From the NCBI GenBank assembly GCA_016869735.1, contig VGDL01000003.1:8998-72997 (forward strand): a stretch of DNA of 64,000 nucleotides, in the 5' to 3' direction. Positions 1 through 8,747 of this stretch are shown here, one piece after another (positions within the stretch are counted from its first letter, which is position 1; every line of letters begins with the position of its first letter). Below the pieces are notes generated by a model, which saw nothing but the letters and a program-made list of their open reading frames with translations, was not told the DNA's origin and did not search any database. The stretch is from Alphaproteobacteria bacterium. GTDB taxonomy: Bacteria > Pseudomonadota > Alphaproteobacteria > Acetobacterales > Acetobacteraceae. The position numbers were made by a program, and so were the translations under genes.

Positions 1-791
1 GCCTGGGCGGCACGCTGTTATCCGCGACACTCGCGCATATGGCGGCTAAACGCGATACGCGCATCAAATCCGCGACCTTCTTCACCACCATGGTGGATTT
101 TACCGAAGCTGGAGAATTGGGCGTTTTCATTGATGAAGAACAATTGAACGCGCTGGAGACAAAGATGCAAAAGCGCGGCTTCCTGGAAGGCCGCGAAATG
201 GCGACAACCTTCAATATGCTGCGCGCCAATGATTTGATCTGGTCCTTCGTGGTGAACAACTACCTGTTGGGGCAGGACCCCTTCCCGTTTGATTTGCTCT
301 ATTGGAATGATGATTCAACGCGCATGCCGGCGCGGATGCATTCCTTCTATCTGCGGCGCATGTATCAGCAGAATGATCTGATCAAGCCGGGCGGGATTGA
401 ATTGCTCGGCGTCAAGATTGACCTGCGCAAGATCAAGCTGCCGACCTATATTCTCTCCACGCGCGAAGACCATATCGCGCCCTGGGCTTCCACCTATCGC
501 GCGACACAAACCTATGGCGGCGATATCCGCTTTGTGCTGGCCGCGTCCGGCCATATTGCGGGCGTGGTCAATCCGCCGGATGCGGGCAAATACAGCCATT
601 GGGTGAATACAGCACTGCCGGCAGACCCCGAAGCCTGGCTGGCGGGATCAACCGAACTTGCCGGTTCCTGGTGGCCGGATTGGCAGCGCTGGGTTACCGG
701 ACAGGATCCCGCGCAGGTGCCCGCACGGCCGCCGAAAAACGCCTTGGAAGATGCGCCCGGCAGATACGTGAAGGTGATGGCGCAGGATTGA
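1..791 (+). CDS. phaC: Class I poly(3-hydroxyalkanoate) synthase, C-terminal part (5' end outside window)
   Basis: Frame is open from the window edge (LGGTLLSATLAHMAAKRD...). Blocks FFTTMVDF, DLLYWNDDSTRMPARMHSFYLRRMY and HIAGVVNPP are typical of the PhaC alpha/beta-hydrolase C-terminal half. Confidence 0.9.
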   Translation, partial: LGGTLLSATLAHMAAKRDTRIKSATFFTTMVDFTEAGELGVFIDEEQLNALETKMQKRGFLEGREMATTFNMLRANDLIWSFVVNNYLLGQDPFPFDLLYWNDDSTRMPARMHSFYLRRMYQQNDLIKPGGIELLGVKIDLRKIKLPTYILSTREDHIAPWASTYRATQTYGGDIRFVLAASGHIAGVVNPPDAGKYSHWVNTALPADPEAWLAGSTELAGSWWPDWQRWVTGQDPAQVPARPPKNALEDAPGRYVKVMAQD

Positions 792-799
792 AACGCGCT

Positions 800-2347
800 T
801 CATTGCAAGGGCAGGCGCAGGACGAAGCTGGCGCCGCCACCTGGGGTTTCTTCCAGTTCCAATCGGCCACCATGGGCCTGCGCCAAGGCACGACATAGGG
901 CCAATCCCACGCCTGTGCCCTGCTCCGGCGGTTTTGTGGTGAAGAAGGGGTCGAAAATGCGCTCTCGGTTTTCGGCGGGCACGCCGGGGCCGTTATCGGC
1001 AACGCGAATGATGATGTGATTTTCCTTGATGCCAACGTCAATGTTCAGGCGTTTGGCACCTTGGCCATTGGCGGCTTCCAGCGCCTGGGTCGCATTGGAT
1101 ACCAGATTGGCAATGACATGCGCGATCTGGTCCGAATCACCGATGAATTTGGGCAAATCCGGCTTTTCTTCCAGATGGAATTCAAGCCAAGGTGGCGTGC
1201 CATCATTCCAGGCAAGTTCCAGCGCCATGCGGATGGTGGCTGGAATATCCATGACTTCCTGGCGTTGTTCGCGCCGCCGCGCGCTGCGCATCAGGCTATG
1301 GACAATACGCCCGGCACGTTCCGTTGCCTCACAAATGCATTCAAGGTGCCGCGCCAGGCCGGGGTCGGTGATTTTCCGCGCCAAACCACTAGCTTGCGCC
1401 AGAATGGCGGCCAGCGGATTATTGATTTCATGCCCAAGCCCAGCCAGCAGCGTGGCATTGGTTTCCATTTGGGCCACACGCTGCAAGGTTTCACGTTGTT
1501 CCCGCTTGGCGCGATCCGCTTCATACTTCGCGGTAATGTCGGTATGGGTAACCAGCAATGAACCATCCGACAGGCGACGCCGGCGAAGGTTCAGCCATTT
1601 CCCCTGAATTCTATGAATATTCTGGGTTTCCCGCCTGATCCTGGCATGGGCTTCGATTCTCGTACGGATCAGGTCTTCAATCGGTTTGCCTGGTTTTTCA
1701 TCACCATAAAAAATACCGCGTTCGAGCCGGTCGCGGATCAGGCATTCCATGTGTGTTCCGGGCCGACCAAGCAGTGGCGGGAAACCCATCAGGTCCAGAT
1801 AGCCCTGATTGCACAGCACCAGACGCAGATCGGCATCGAAAAGCACAACCGCGTCATCAATGCCACGCATCACGCCTTCCAATTGCTGGGTTCCGCGCTC
1901 CAATTCTTCCTTCTGATGTTCGGATTCCGTCAAATCCCGCACCAGCACGAAATAGCCATCCATTGCGCCATTGGGCTCAAAAAGCGGGATGAAGGTAGTT
2001 TGGACAAATCGTCTCACTTGGCCCTTGTAGTCGCGCCAGCCTTCGGTGCGGATGGTTTCGCCGCGCCTGACGGCTTCCACCTGCGGCAGGGTTTCGTCTG
2101 ATGCCTGCTGTCCCAAAACCTGCGCCACATTGCGGCCCAAGACCTGTTCGGGCGCAAGGCCCATGAATTCATAAAATTCTTTGTTATTGTAACAGAACTG
2201 ACGATCTTTATCGAAATAGGAAACGCGGGCGGGCATGGCATCCAGGATACCGCGCAGCACATGGGCATCTGCGAAAGGCGGCAAGCCCGGCGCCCTGGCT
2301 GGCGCCTCAGTTGATGGCATCACGCGCGCCTTGCGAGGGGGCGCCAT
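800..2347 (-). CDS. PAS-domain sensor histidine kinase (no response regulator adjacent)
   Basis: H-box HEINNPLAAILAQAS; HATPase boxes NLVSNATQA, DNGPGVP, GTGVGLALC; two PAS-like segments upstream. Converges on phaC with an 8-nt gap. Confidence 0.9.
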   Translation of the reverse strand: MAPPRKARVMPSTEAPARAPGLPPFADAHVLRGILDAMPARVSYFDKDRQFCYNNKEFYEFMGLAPEQVLGRNVAQVLGQQASDETLPQVEAVRRGETIRTEGWRDYKGQVRRFVQTTFIPLFEPNGAMDGYFVLVRDLTESEHQKEELERGTQQLEGVMRGIDDAVVLFDADLRLVLCNQGYLDLMGFPPLLGRPGTHMECLIRDRLERGIFYGDEKPGKPIEDLIRTRIEAHARIRRETQNIHRIQGKWLNLRRRRLSDGSLLVTHTDITAKYEADRAKREQRETLQRVAQMETNATLLAGLGHEINNPLAAILAQASGLARKITDPGLARHLECICEATERAGRIVHSLMRSARRREQRQEVMDIPATIRMALELAWNDGTPPWLEFHLEEKPDLPKFIGDSDQIAHVIANLVSNATQALEAANGQGAKRLNIDVGIKENHIIIRVADNGPGVPAENRERIFDPFFTTKPPEQGTGVGLALCRALAQAHGGRLELEETPGGGASFVLRLPLQ

Positions 2348-2723
2348 GCCTAACAGTTCCGACCTTGCGGATAATGCGGAGAAGCGAAGCCGACCGAGGC
2401 TGGGTTTCTTGTTTCCGTCAATTCATCCTCCATCGCCTTTTGGCGTGACGCGAACATTATTCCTCCTTACCCCTTTAAGCAGCGCCGTTTTGGAATCGCT
2501 CCTGGGAAGAAATTATTCCGTCTTTATCCCACCTATGATGCAGTATTGTCCATTAAAAATCCGGCTATATCCGGTTAAGAAAGTTCACGAAGATGCGATA
2601 TTCGCGTTATGGTAAACAGGGCGCTCGGCGGGGGCAGCTTTTCCGGCGCCATTGCGCGTGACGCCATGGCGAAAATGCGCCCTGGTAGCGCGTAGTTGAT
2701 GAATATTGCAGGAGGAAAGCCGC

Positions 2724-3473
2724 ATGGCTGGCAGATTGACAGGCAAGCTTTGTTTCGTGACAGCAGCAGGCCAGGGCATTGGCCGCGCCGCCGCCCTTGC
2801 CATGGCCGCCGAAGGCGCGCGGGTGGTGGCGACGGATCGTGATGCGGCGCTGCTCGCGACCCTGACCGCCCCCGGCATCACCACGGCGGTGCTGGACGTG
2901 CTGGATGATGCGGCCATCACCGCCGCTGCCAAGGCCGCAGGCCCCGTTGATATCCTGTTCAATTGCGCGGGTTTTGTGCACCAAAACACCATCCTGACCT
3001 GCACCGATCAGGATTGGGATTTTGGCTTTGGTTTGAATGTGCGCGCCATGTGGAAAGTGGCGCAGGCCTTCATCCCAGGCATGCTGGAACGCCGCCGCGG
3101 CAGCATTGTGAACATGTCTTCCGCCTGTTCATCCATTAAGGGTGCGCCCAATCGGTTTCTGTATGGCACCACCAAGGCGGCTGTTGTGGGCCTCACGAAA
3201 TCAATCGCGACCGAGTATGTCGCCCAGGGTATCCGCTGCAATTGCCTATGCCCCGGCACGGTAGATACGCCTTCGCTGCATGACCGGATCGCCGCCAATG
3301 CCGCCGCCGCTGGATCCGTGGAAGCCGCCCGCGCGGCCTTTGTCGCGCGCCAAGCCATGGGCCGGCTGGCCACGGCCGAGGAAATGGCCGCTTTGGTAAT
3401 TTACCTGGCTTCCGATGAGGCCGCTTTTGTCACCGGCCAGGCCGTTGTGATTGACGGCGGCTGGACATTGTAG
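2724..3473 (+). CDS. SDR family oxidoreductase (keto-deoxy sugar-acid dehydrogenase-like)
   Basis: TAAGQGIGRAAA dinucleotide motif and YGTTKAA (Y-x3-K). ATG 2724 lies 8 nt after AGGAGG; the ORF-track TTG at 2706 is less likely. Confidence 0.88.
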   Translation: MAGRLTGKLCFVTAAGQGIGRAAALAMAAEGARVVATDRDAALLATLTAPGITTAVLDVLDDAAITAAAKAAGPVDILFNCAGFVHQNTILTCTDQDWDFGFGLNVRAMWKVAQAFIPGMLERRRGSIVNMSSACSSIKGAPNRFLYGTTKAAVVGLTKSIATEYVAQGIRCNCLCPGTVDTPSLHDRIAANAAAAGSVEAARAAFVARQAMGRLATAEEMAALVIYLASDEAAFVTGQAVVIDGGWTL

Positions 3474-3508
3474 GAAGCCCTTTCCCAGTTTCCCCCAAGG
3501 AGGATGAA

Positions 3509-3745
3509 ATGGCCAGTGAATTTGCCGTGCCGATCATGGGCGCGATGGGTGCCGTGGTGCTTGCCGGCATGAATGAGGATGTGGCGATGCCCGCCTATAT
3601 GATGTTGGGTTCGATCGCCATGCTGATCGCGCTTCTGCTTGCCGCAGGCGCTGTCACCCTGCCGATGAACAGCATTCAGGCGCTGGCCTTTGGCGGCATT
3701 GGTTTGGCACTTTTCGGGCATGTGCGCGCCCGCCGTTCCAATTGA
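3509..3745 (+). CDS. Small hydrophobic membrane protein, unknown function
   Basis: 78 aa with 2-3 hydrophobic helices (LGSIAMLIALLLAAGAV, ALAFGGIGLALFG). GGAGG sits 5 nt upstream of the ATG. No family recognised. Confidence 0.5.
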   Translation: MASEFAVPIMGAMGAVVLAGMNEDVAMPAYMMLGSIAMLIALLLAAGAVTLPMNSIQALAFGGIGLALFGHVRARRSN

Positions 3746-3759
3746 AGGAGAGGCGTTAG

Positions 3760-4608
3760 ATGAAGCTGCTGCGTTACGGCCCCGCGGGCCAGGAAAAACC
3801 AGGCATTCTGGATGCCGCCGGCGCCATTCGTGATCTTTCAGGCGTTGTGCCTGACATCACCGGTGATGTGCTGTCCCCCGCCGCGCTGGCCAAGATTGCG
3901 GCGGTGGATGTGAATAGCCTGCCCAAGGTTGCCGGCAATCCGCGCCTTGGCTCGCCCGTCACGGGCATGAAGAACCTGATTTGCATCGGGCTGAACTATG
4001 CCGATCACGCGGCGGAAACCGGCGCGCCGATCCCAAAGGAGCCGATCGTGTTCCTGAAGTCGCTCAATGCACTGCAAGGGCCGAATGATGACGTGGTGAT
4101 CCCGCGCGGATCGGTGAAAACCGATTATGAGGTGGAGCTCTGCATCATTATCGGCACGCGCGCCAAATATGTCTCGGAAGATCAGGCGCTGGATCATGTC
4201 GCGGGTTATGCCGTTGGCAATGACGTGTCTGAACGTGAATGGCAGGCGGAACGCGGCGGCGCCTGGGACAAGGGCAAGGGCTTCGATACCTTTGGCCCGC
4301 TTGGCCCCTGGTTGGTGACCAAGGATGAAATCCCCGATCCGCAAAACCTGGCCATGTATTGCGATGTGGATGGTGTGCGCGAACAGAATGGTTCCACCAA
4401 GACCATGATCTTCGGCGTGAAGCAGATTGTATCCTATGTCAGCCAATGCATCACGCTCAATCCCGGTGATGTGATCTTCACCGGCACGCCGCCGGGCGTT
4501 GGGCTGGGCAAGAAGCCGACACCGATCTTCCTGAAGGCCGGCCAGACCATGAAGCTTGGCATTGCCGGGCTTGGTGAGCAGACGCAGAAGCTTGTTGCTT
4601 CTGCCTAA
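3760..4608 (+). CDS. Fumarylacetoacetate hydrolase (FAH) family protein
   Basis: FAH-fold blocks GLNYADHAAETG, DYEVELCIIIG, GFDTFGPLGPW, GDVIFTGTPPGVG; AAGGAGA SD. Confidence 0.9.
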   Translation: MKLLRYGPAGQEKPGILDAAGAIRDLSGVVPDITGDVLSPAALAKIAAVDVNSLPKVAGNPRLGSPVTGMKNLICIGLNYADHAAETGAPIPKEPIVFLKSLNALQGPNDDVVIPRGSVKTDYEVELCIIIGTRAKYVSEDQALDHVAGYAVGNDVSEREWQAERGGAWDKGKGFDTFGPLGPWLVTKDEIPDPQNLAMYCDVDGVREQNGSTKTMIFGVKQIVSYVSQCITLNPGDVIFTGTPPGVGLGKKPTPIFLKAGQTMKLGIAGLGEQTQKLVASA

Positions 4609-4628
4609 TGCACATGCGTTGAGATTAA

Positions 4629-4664
4629 GCTTCCTCCCCGCCAGAAACTCTGGTGGGGAGAAGC
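4629..4664. terminator. GC-rich hairpin between convergent genes (candidate bidirectional terminator)
   Basis: GCTTCCTCCCCGCCAG-aaact-CTGGTGGGGAGAAGC: about 15 bp with one bulge and one G-U pair. It lies between the FAH stop (4608) and the aldolase stop (4690). No strong U-tract. Confidence 0.45.
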
Positions 4665-4689
4665 CGCATCCGGAAACCGGGGAACTTCT

Positions 4690-5331
4690 TTAGCCCCGCC
4701 CGTAGCCTGCAAAATGCTTGGCCGCTTCGGCCAATTCCGCTTCCGTCAGCAAGACAGGCTTCAACCCCGCCGCCAATAGATCGAGGTATTGGCCAGCGAG
4801 GTTTTCAACCTCCAACGCCAGCGCATGCGCGGCGCCCAAGGTTGCGCCCACCGCGACCACACCATGATTGGCAAGCAATACGGCCCGCCGCCCGGCCAGC
4901 GCGCGAAGCGCGTTATCAGCAAGCGCTTGCGTGCCCGCAGTGGCGTGACCCGCACAGGCAATGGCGCCGCCGGCCAACAGCACCATGTAATGCAAGGGCG
5001 GGATGCCCTTGCGCGCACAGGAAAGTGCGGTCGCGCGCGGGGAATGCGTATGCACCACGGCCATCACCTCAGGCCGCGCGCCGTAGATCGCCGCATGCAG
5101 CCGCCATTCAGATGAAGGCCGATGTTTTGCGCGGCCAAGCGGGCTGCCATCCAAGCCCGTGGTCACCAGATCAGCCACCGTGGTGCGCGCATAAGGCAGG
5201 CCAGCCGGCGTGATGATGAAACCCTTCGCATCGCGCGCCGAGACATTGCCGGATTTGGAGGGCATCATGCCCGCCTGATCCAGTGCTTGCGCGATGCGGA
5301 GAATCTCCCGCTTGGCCTCAGCACGCGTCAC
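4690..5331 (-). CDS. Class II aldolase/adducin family protein
   Basis: Blocks SGNVSARD, VVHTHSPRATALS, NHGVVAVG. ATGA overlap with the upstream dehydratase gene. Confidence 0.85.
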   Translation of the reverse strand: MTRAEAKREILRIAQALDQAGMMPSKSGNVSARDAKGFIITPAGLPYARTTVADLVTTGLDGSPLGRAKHRPSSEWRLHAAIYGARPEVMAVVHTHSPRATALSCARKGIPPLHYMVLLAGGAIACAGHATAGTQALADNALRALAGRRAVLLANHGVVAVGATLGAAHALALEVENLAGQYLDLLAAGLKPVLLTEAELAEAAKHFAGYGRG

Positions 5332-6863
5332 ATGGTTGCTCCCAACATCCAGGGCGCGAATTCCTGCGCGCCGAAGCCAAGCGCTTCGCTTTTCGTGGGT
5401 TCGCCGGAAGCGGTGCGCAGCATCAACTCAAAAATGCGCTGGCCGCATTCCTGCACGCTTTCGCCACCTGTCAGGATGGTGCCGCAATTGATGTCCATGT
5501 CTTCCGACAGGCGATCATACATGGTGGTATTGGTGGCCAGCTTGATGGAAGGTGCCGGCTTCATGCCAAAGACGCTGCCGCGCCCCGTGGTGAAGCAGAC
5601 AAGATTGGCGCCACCCGCCACCTGCCCTGTCGCCCCCACCGGGTCGTAGCCAGGCGTGTCCATGAAAACGAAGCCCTTGGCGGTAACGGGTTCGGCATAG
5701 CGATAGACCTCAACCAGATTGGTGGTGCCAGCCTTGGCCATGGCGCCCAGGGATTTTTCGAGGATGGTGGTAAGACCGCCCGCCTTATTCCCCGGCGATG
5801 GGTTGGCATTCATCTCCGCACCTTGGCGGGCGGTATAATCCTCCCACCAATGCATAACATCCACCAGTTTCTGGCCAACGTCGCGAGATACCGCGCGGCG
5901 TGTCAGCAAATGTTCAGCGCCATAGGTCTCCGGGCTTTCAGACAGGATCACGGTGCCGCCATGGCGCACGAGCAGATCGGATGCAGCGCCAAGTGCAGGA
6001 TTGGCAGTGATGCCGGAATAGCCATCCGAACCGCCGCATTGCAGTGCGACGCAAAGTTCGGAGGCAGGAACGGCTTCGCGCTTCGCGGTATTGGATTCCG
6101 CCAGCACTTCCTTCACGAAATCTATGCCCTTCATCACGGTCGCGCGCGCACCCGCATCCTGAATATCCATGCTGCGCAGCCGCCCGGTCAGGCGCTGTTC
6201 TTCCAACATCGGGCCAGGCTGATTGACTTCACAGCCAAGGCCAATCGCAATCACATGGGAAAAATTCGCGTGTCGCGCGAAACCGGCGAGGGTCCGCCGT
6301 AGCAGCCGCAAGGGCTCATCCATGGTCATGCCGCAGCCGGTTTTATGCGTCAGCGCCACCACGCCATCCACATTGCTCCAGGCGGCCAAAGGATCATCGC
6401 CGGAGATTGGGTTTTTCTCGAATTGCCGCGCAATCAATTCCGCAACATGGGCGGAACAATTCACCGATGTGATAATGCCGATGTAATTGCGTGTTGCCAC
6501 ACGGCCATCGGCGCGGCGAATACCCATGAAGCTTGCCGGCACATCAACATAGTCGGTCGGCTTCGCATCCTGGCCCCAGGCGTAATCACGCGCGAAATCG
6601 CCCATTTCGCAATTATGCGTATGCACCCAGGCGCCAGGTTCAATCGCATCCGTCGCAAAGCCAATGATCTGGCCATAGCGCTTGATGGGCTCGCCCTTCG
6701 CATGCGGGCGGATCGCGACCTTATGGCCGGGCGGGATGCGCCTTTCGCCAACGCTGATGCCGGGCGCCACTTCTGTCCCCGGCGTCAACGGAATGCGGGC
6801 AATCACCACGCCATCGCTGGGATGCAGACGGATGGCGGGCGGCAGGGCGATGGTGCTGGACAT
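5328..6863 (-). CDS. UxaA/altronate-dehydratase family sugar-acid dehydratase
   Basis: N-terminal SAF-like segment (DGVVIARIPL...GHKVAI) followed by UxaA C-terminal-type blocks (GLGCEVNQ, GGSDGYSGITANP, CFTTGRGS); 511 aa. Confidence 0.88.
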   Translation of the reverse strand: MSSTIALPPAIRLHPSDGVVIARIPLTPGTEVAPGISVGERRIPPGHKVAIRPHAKGEPIKRYGQIIGFATDAIEPGAWVHTHNCEMGDFARDYAWGQDAKPTDYVDVPASFMGIRRADGRVATRNYIGIITSVNCSAHVAELIARQFEKNPISGDDPLAAWSNVDGVVALTHKTGCGMTMDEPLRLLRRTLAGFARHANFSHVIAIGLGCEVNQPGPMLEEQRLTGRLRSMDIQDAGARATVMKGIDFVKEVLAESNTAKREAVPASELCVALQCGGSDGYSGITANPALGAASDLLVRHGGTVILSESPETYGAEHLLTRRAVSRDVGQKLVDVMHWWEDYTARQGAEMNANPSPGNKAGGLTTILEKSLGAMAKAGTTNLVEVYRYAEPVTAKGFVFMDTPGYDPVGATGQVAGGANLVCFTTGRGSVFGMKPAPSIKLATNTTMYDRLSEDMDINCGTILTGGESVQECGQRIFELMLRTASGEPTKSEALGFGAQEFAPWMLGATM

Positions 6864-6970
6864 GGGCGTTTCCCTTTGACGACAGTCACGCCCCTTCTAC
6901 CCCGTTGCGCGCCCGGCGCGCCACCGCCGCCCTTGCGCAAGCCTGCGTGAGGGCGCAATTAAATGATTGA

Positions 6971-7063
6971 GACACCTGGGGGAGCCCTTTTGGGGCTGAG
7001 AGGCGGGCTTCACCCGCGACCCCTGGAACCTGACCCGGTTCGGACCGGCGTAGGGAAGGGTGC
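6971..7063 (+). promoter_or_regulatory. TPP (THI-box) riboswitch aptamer
   Basis: The + strand reads CACCUGGGGGAGCCCUUUUGGGGCUGAGAGG-CGGGCUUCACCCG-CGACCCCUGGAACCUGACCCGGUUCGGACCGGCGUAGGGAAGGGUG. The invariant blocks CUGAGA, ACCUGA and GCGUAGGGAA occur in canonical order. P3 is AGCCC/GGGCU, P5 is CCGGU/ACCGG, P1 is CACC/GGUG. It sits 100 nt upstream of the ATG at 7164. Confidence 0.85.
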
Positions 7064-7163
7064 ATCGCCCGCGCGTCTGCGCTTCGCCCCTGGTCTGGGC
7101 GGGCGTGGCCAGGGCCAAAGCCCTCCTCCCCGCGTCAGCCGACAGGAAACGAAGGAATTGGGG

Positions 7164-8741
7164 ATGCATCGCCGTACGCTTTTAGCCACCGCCCTCGCCG
7201 CGCCTTTGCCGCGCCCTGCCCTGGCGCAGCCCAGCCGCGCGCGCACACTGCGCTTTATGCCGCAGGCGGCACTCGCCAATCTGGACCCGATCTTCAGCCC
7301 CAGCACCATCATCACCACCCATGCCTATTGCGTGTTTGATACGCTCTATGGCGCCAATCGCGCGCTGCAGCCGCGCCCGCAAATGGCGGAAGGCCATAGC
7401 GTGGAAGATGACGGCAAGCGTGTAAAAATCCGCCTGCGCGAAGGGCTGCGCTGGCATGATGGCGAAGCCGTGCGTGCCCAGGATTGTGTGGCCAGCATCA
7501 AGCGCTGGGCGAGCCGCGATGGCTTCGGCCAAATCCTGATGCGCGCCACGGCCGAGCTTTCCGCGCCTGATGATCGCACCATCGAATTCCGCCTGCATCG
7601 GCGCTTCCCGGCGCTGTTTGATGCTTTGGCCAAGCCAGGTTCATCCCCGTGTTTCATGATGCCAGAACGCATCGCCAATAATCCCGGTGATCGTTCACTT
7701 GGCCTGGAACACATGATCGGCAGCGGGCCGTGGCGCTTTATTGCCAATGAATATGTGCAAGGTGCCCGCAGCCATTATGCGCGCAATGACGCCTATGTGC
7801 CGCGCACTGAAACCGCCGAAGCGGCTTCAGGCGGCAAGCGCGTGCATTTCGACAGGCTGGAGATGATCTGGATTCCAGATGGCGGCACGGCGGCAGCGGC
7901 ACTCCGCACTGGTGAGATTGACTGGATCGAATACCCACTGCCGGATCTGGTGCCGGTGCTGGAACGGGACCGGAATACGCAAACCCAGATTTATGACCCG
8001 AACGGGTTTTTGGGTTTTCTGCGCTTCAATCATTTGCACCCGCCCTTCAATGATGTGCGGGTGCGTCGCGCCATTCGTGATGTGATCGTGCAATCCGATT
8101 TCATGTCGGCGGTGGCGCTGCAAGGTGATTGGCAGGAATGCCACGCCATGTTCCCCTGCGGCCTACCAGGCGTGGTGGAATTCCCCGCCGCTGCACGCGG
8201 TGAAGCCGCCATGGAACGCGTCCGCGCCGCCTTGCGGGAAGCGGCCTATAATGGCGAGCCCATTATCCACATCAACCCAAGCGATTTCCCCGCGGTCACG
8301 CAACAAGGCCGCCTGACGGTGGAACTGATGCGCCGGCTTGGCGTGAATATGCAGCCGATTGAAGCCGATTGGGCCAGCATTCTGGCGCGGCGCGCCAATC
8401 GCAATCCGCCGGCGCAGGGTGGGTGGCATTTGCACAATACCAATGGCCCGGCGGCAACCATCGCCAATCCTGCCGTGAGCTTCGCCATTCGCATGAATGG
8501 GCAAGCCGCCTGGCCTGGCTGGCCGACGGATGCGGATGCAGAAGCGCAGGTGGAAGCCTGGATCAATGCCGATGATCAGGCAGCACAGGACACCGCCATG
8601 CGCCGCTTGCAGGAAATCACTTGGGAATCACTGCCCTTTGCGCCGACAGGCTTGTTCCGGCTTCGCACCGCTTTCCGGCGCGATTTGACGGGCGTGTTGC
8701 AAGGGCCGAACCCCTTTCTCTGGAATCTGCGGCGGGCGTGA
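7164..8741 (+). CDS. ABC-type substrate-binding protein, family 5 (Opp/Dpp/Nik type), Tat signal, no cognate permease nearby
   Basis: MHRRTLLATALAAPLPRPALAQ twin-arginine signal; size and blocks (GSGPWRF etc.) of family-5 SBPs; GAAGGAA SD. The ORF-track start at 6963 is rejected because it would translate the riboswitch. Confidence 0.88.
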   Translation: MHRRTLLATALAAPLPRPALAQPSRARTLRFMPQAALANLDPIFSPSTIITTHAYCVFDTLYGANRALQPRPQMAEGHSVEDDGKRVKIRLREGLRWHDGEAVRAQDCVASIKRWASRDGFGQILMRATAELSAPDDRTIEFRLHRRFPALFDALAKPGSSPCFMMPERIANNPGDRSLGLEHMIGSGPWRFIANEYVQGARSHYARNDAYVPRTETAEAASGGKRVHFDRLEMIWIPDGGTAAAALRTGEIDWIEYPLPDLVPVLERDRNTQTQIYDPNGFLGFLRFNHLHPPFNDVRVRRAIRDVIVQSDFMSAVALQGDWQECHAMFPCGLPGVVEFPAAARGEAAMERVRAALREAAYNGEPIIHINPSDFPAVTQQGRLTVELMRRLGVNMQPIEADWASILARRANRNPPAQGGWHLHNTNGPAATIANPAVSFAIRMNGQAAWPGWPTDADAEAQVEAWINADDQAAQDTAMRRLQEITWESLPFAPTGLFRLRTAFRRDLTGVLQGPNPFLWNLRRA

Positions 8742-8747
8742 CCCGCC

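Noticed and set aside
2443-2664. Two copies of GCGTGACGC (2443-2451 and 2656-2664) in the 376-nt AT-richer divergent region between the histidine kinase and the SDR gene.
   Set aside because: A 9-mer direct repeat of GC-rich composition within this length is plausibly chance. There is no dyad symmetry and no regulator gene nearby to tie it to. Noted only as a possible operator.
6963-7163. N-terminal 67-codon extension of the SBP ORF (ORF-track start 6963).
   Set aside because: The extension would translate straight through the TPP riboswitch aptamer. The internal ATG at 7164 has an SD and starts a classic twin-arginine signal peptide.
8263-8271. Perfect DnaA-box 9-mer TTATCCACA.
   Set aside because: It is a single copy inside the SBP coding sequence with no cluster and no AT-rich unwinding element. 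One chance occurrence in a window this size is unremarkable.
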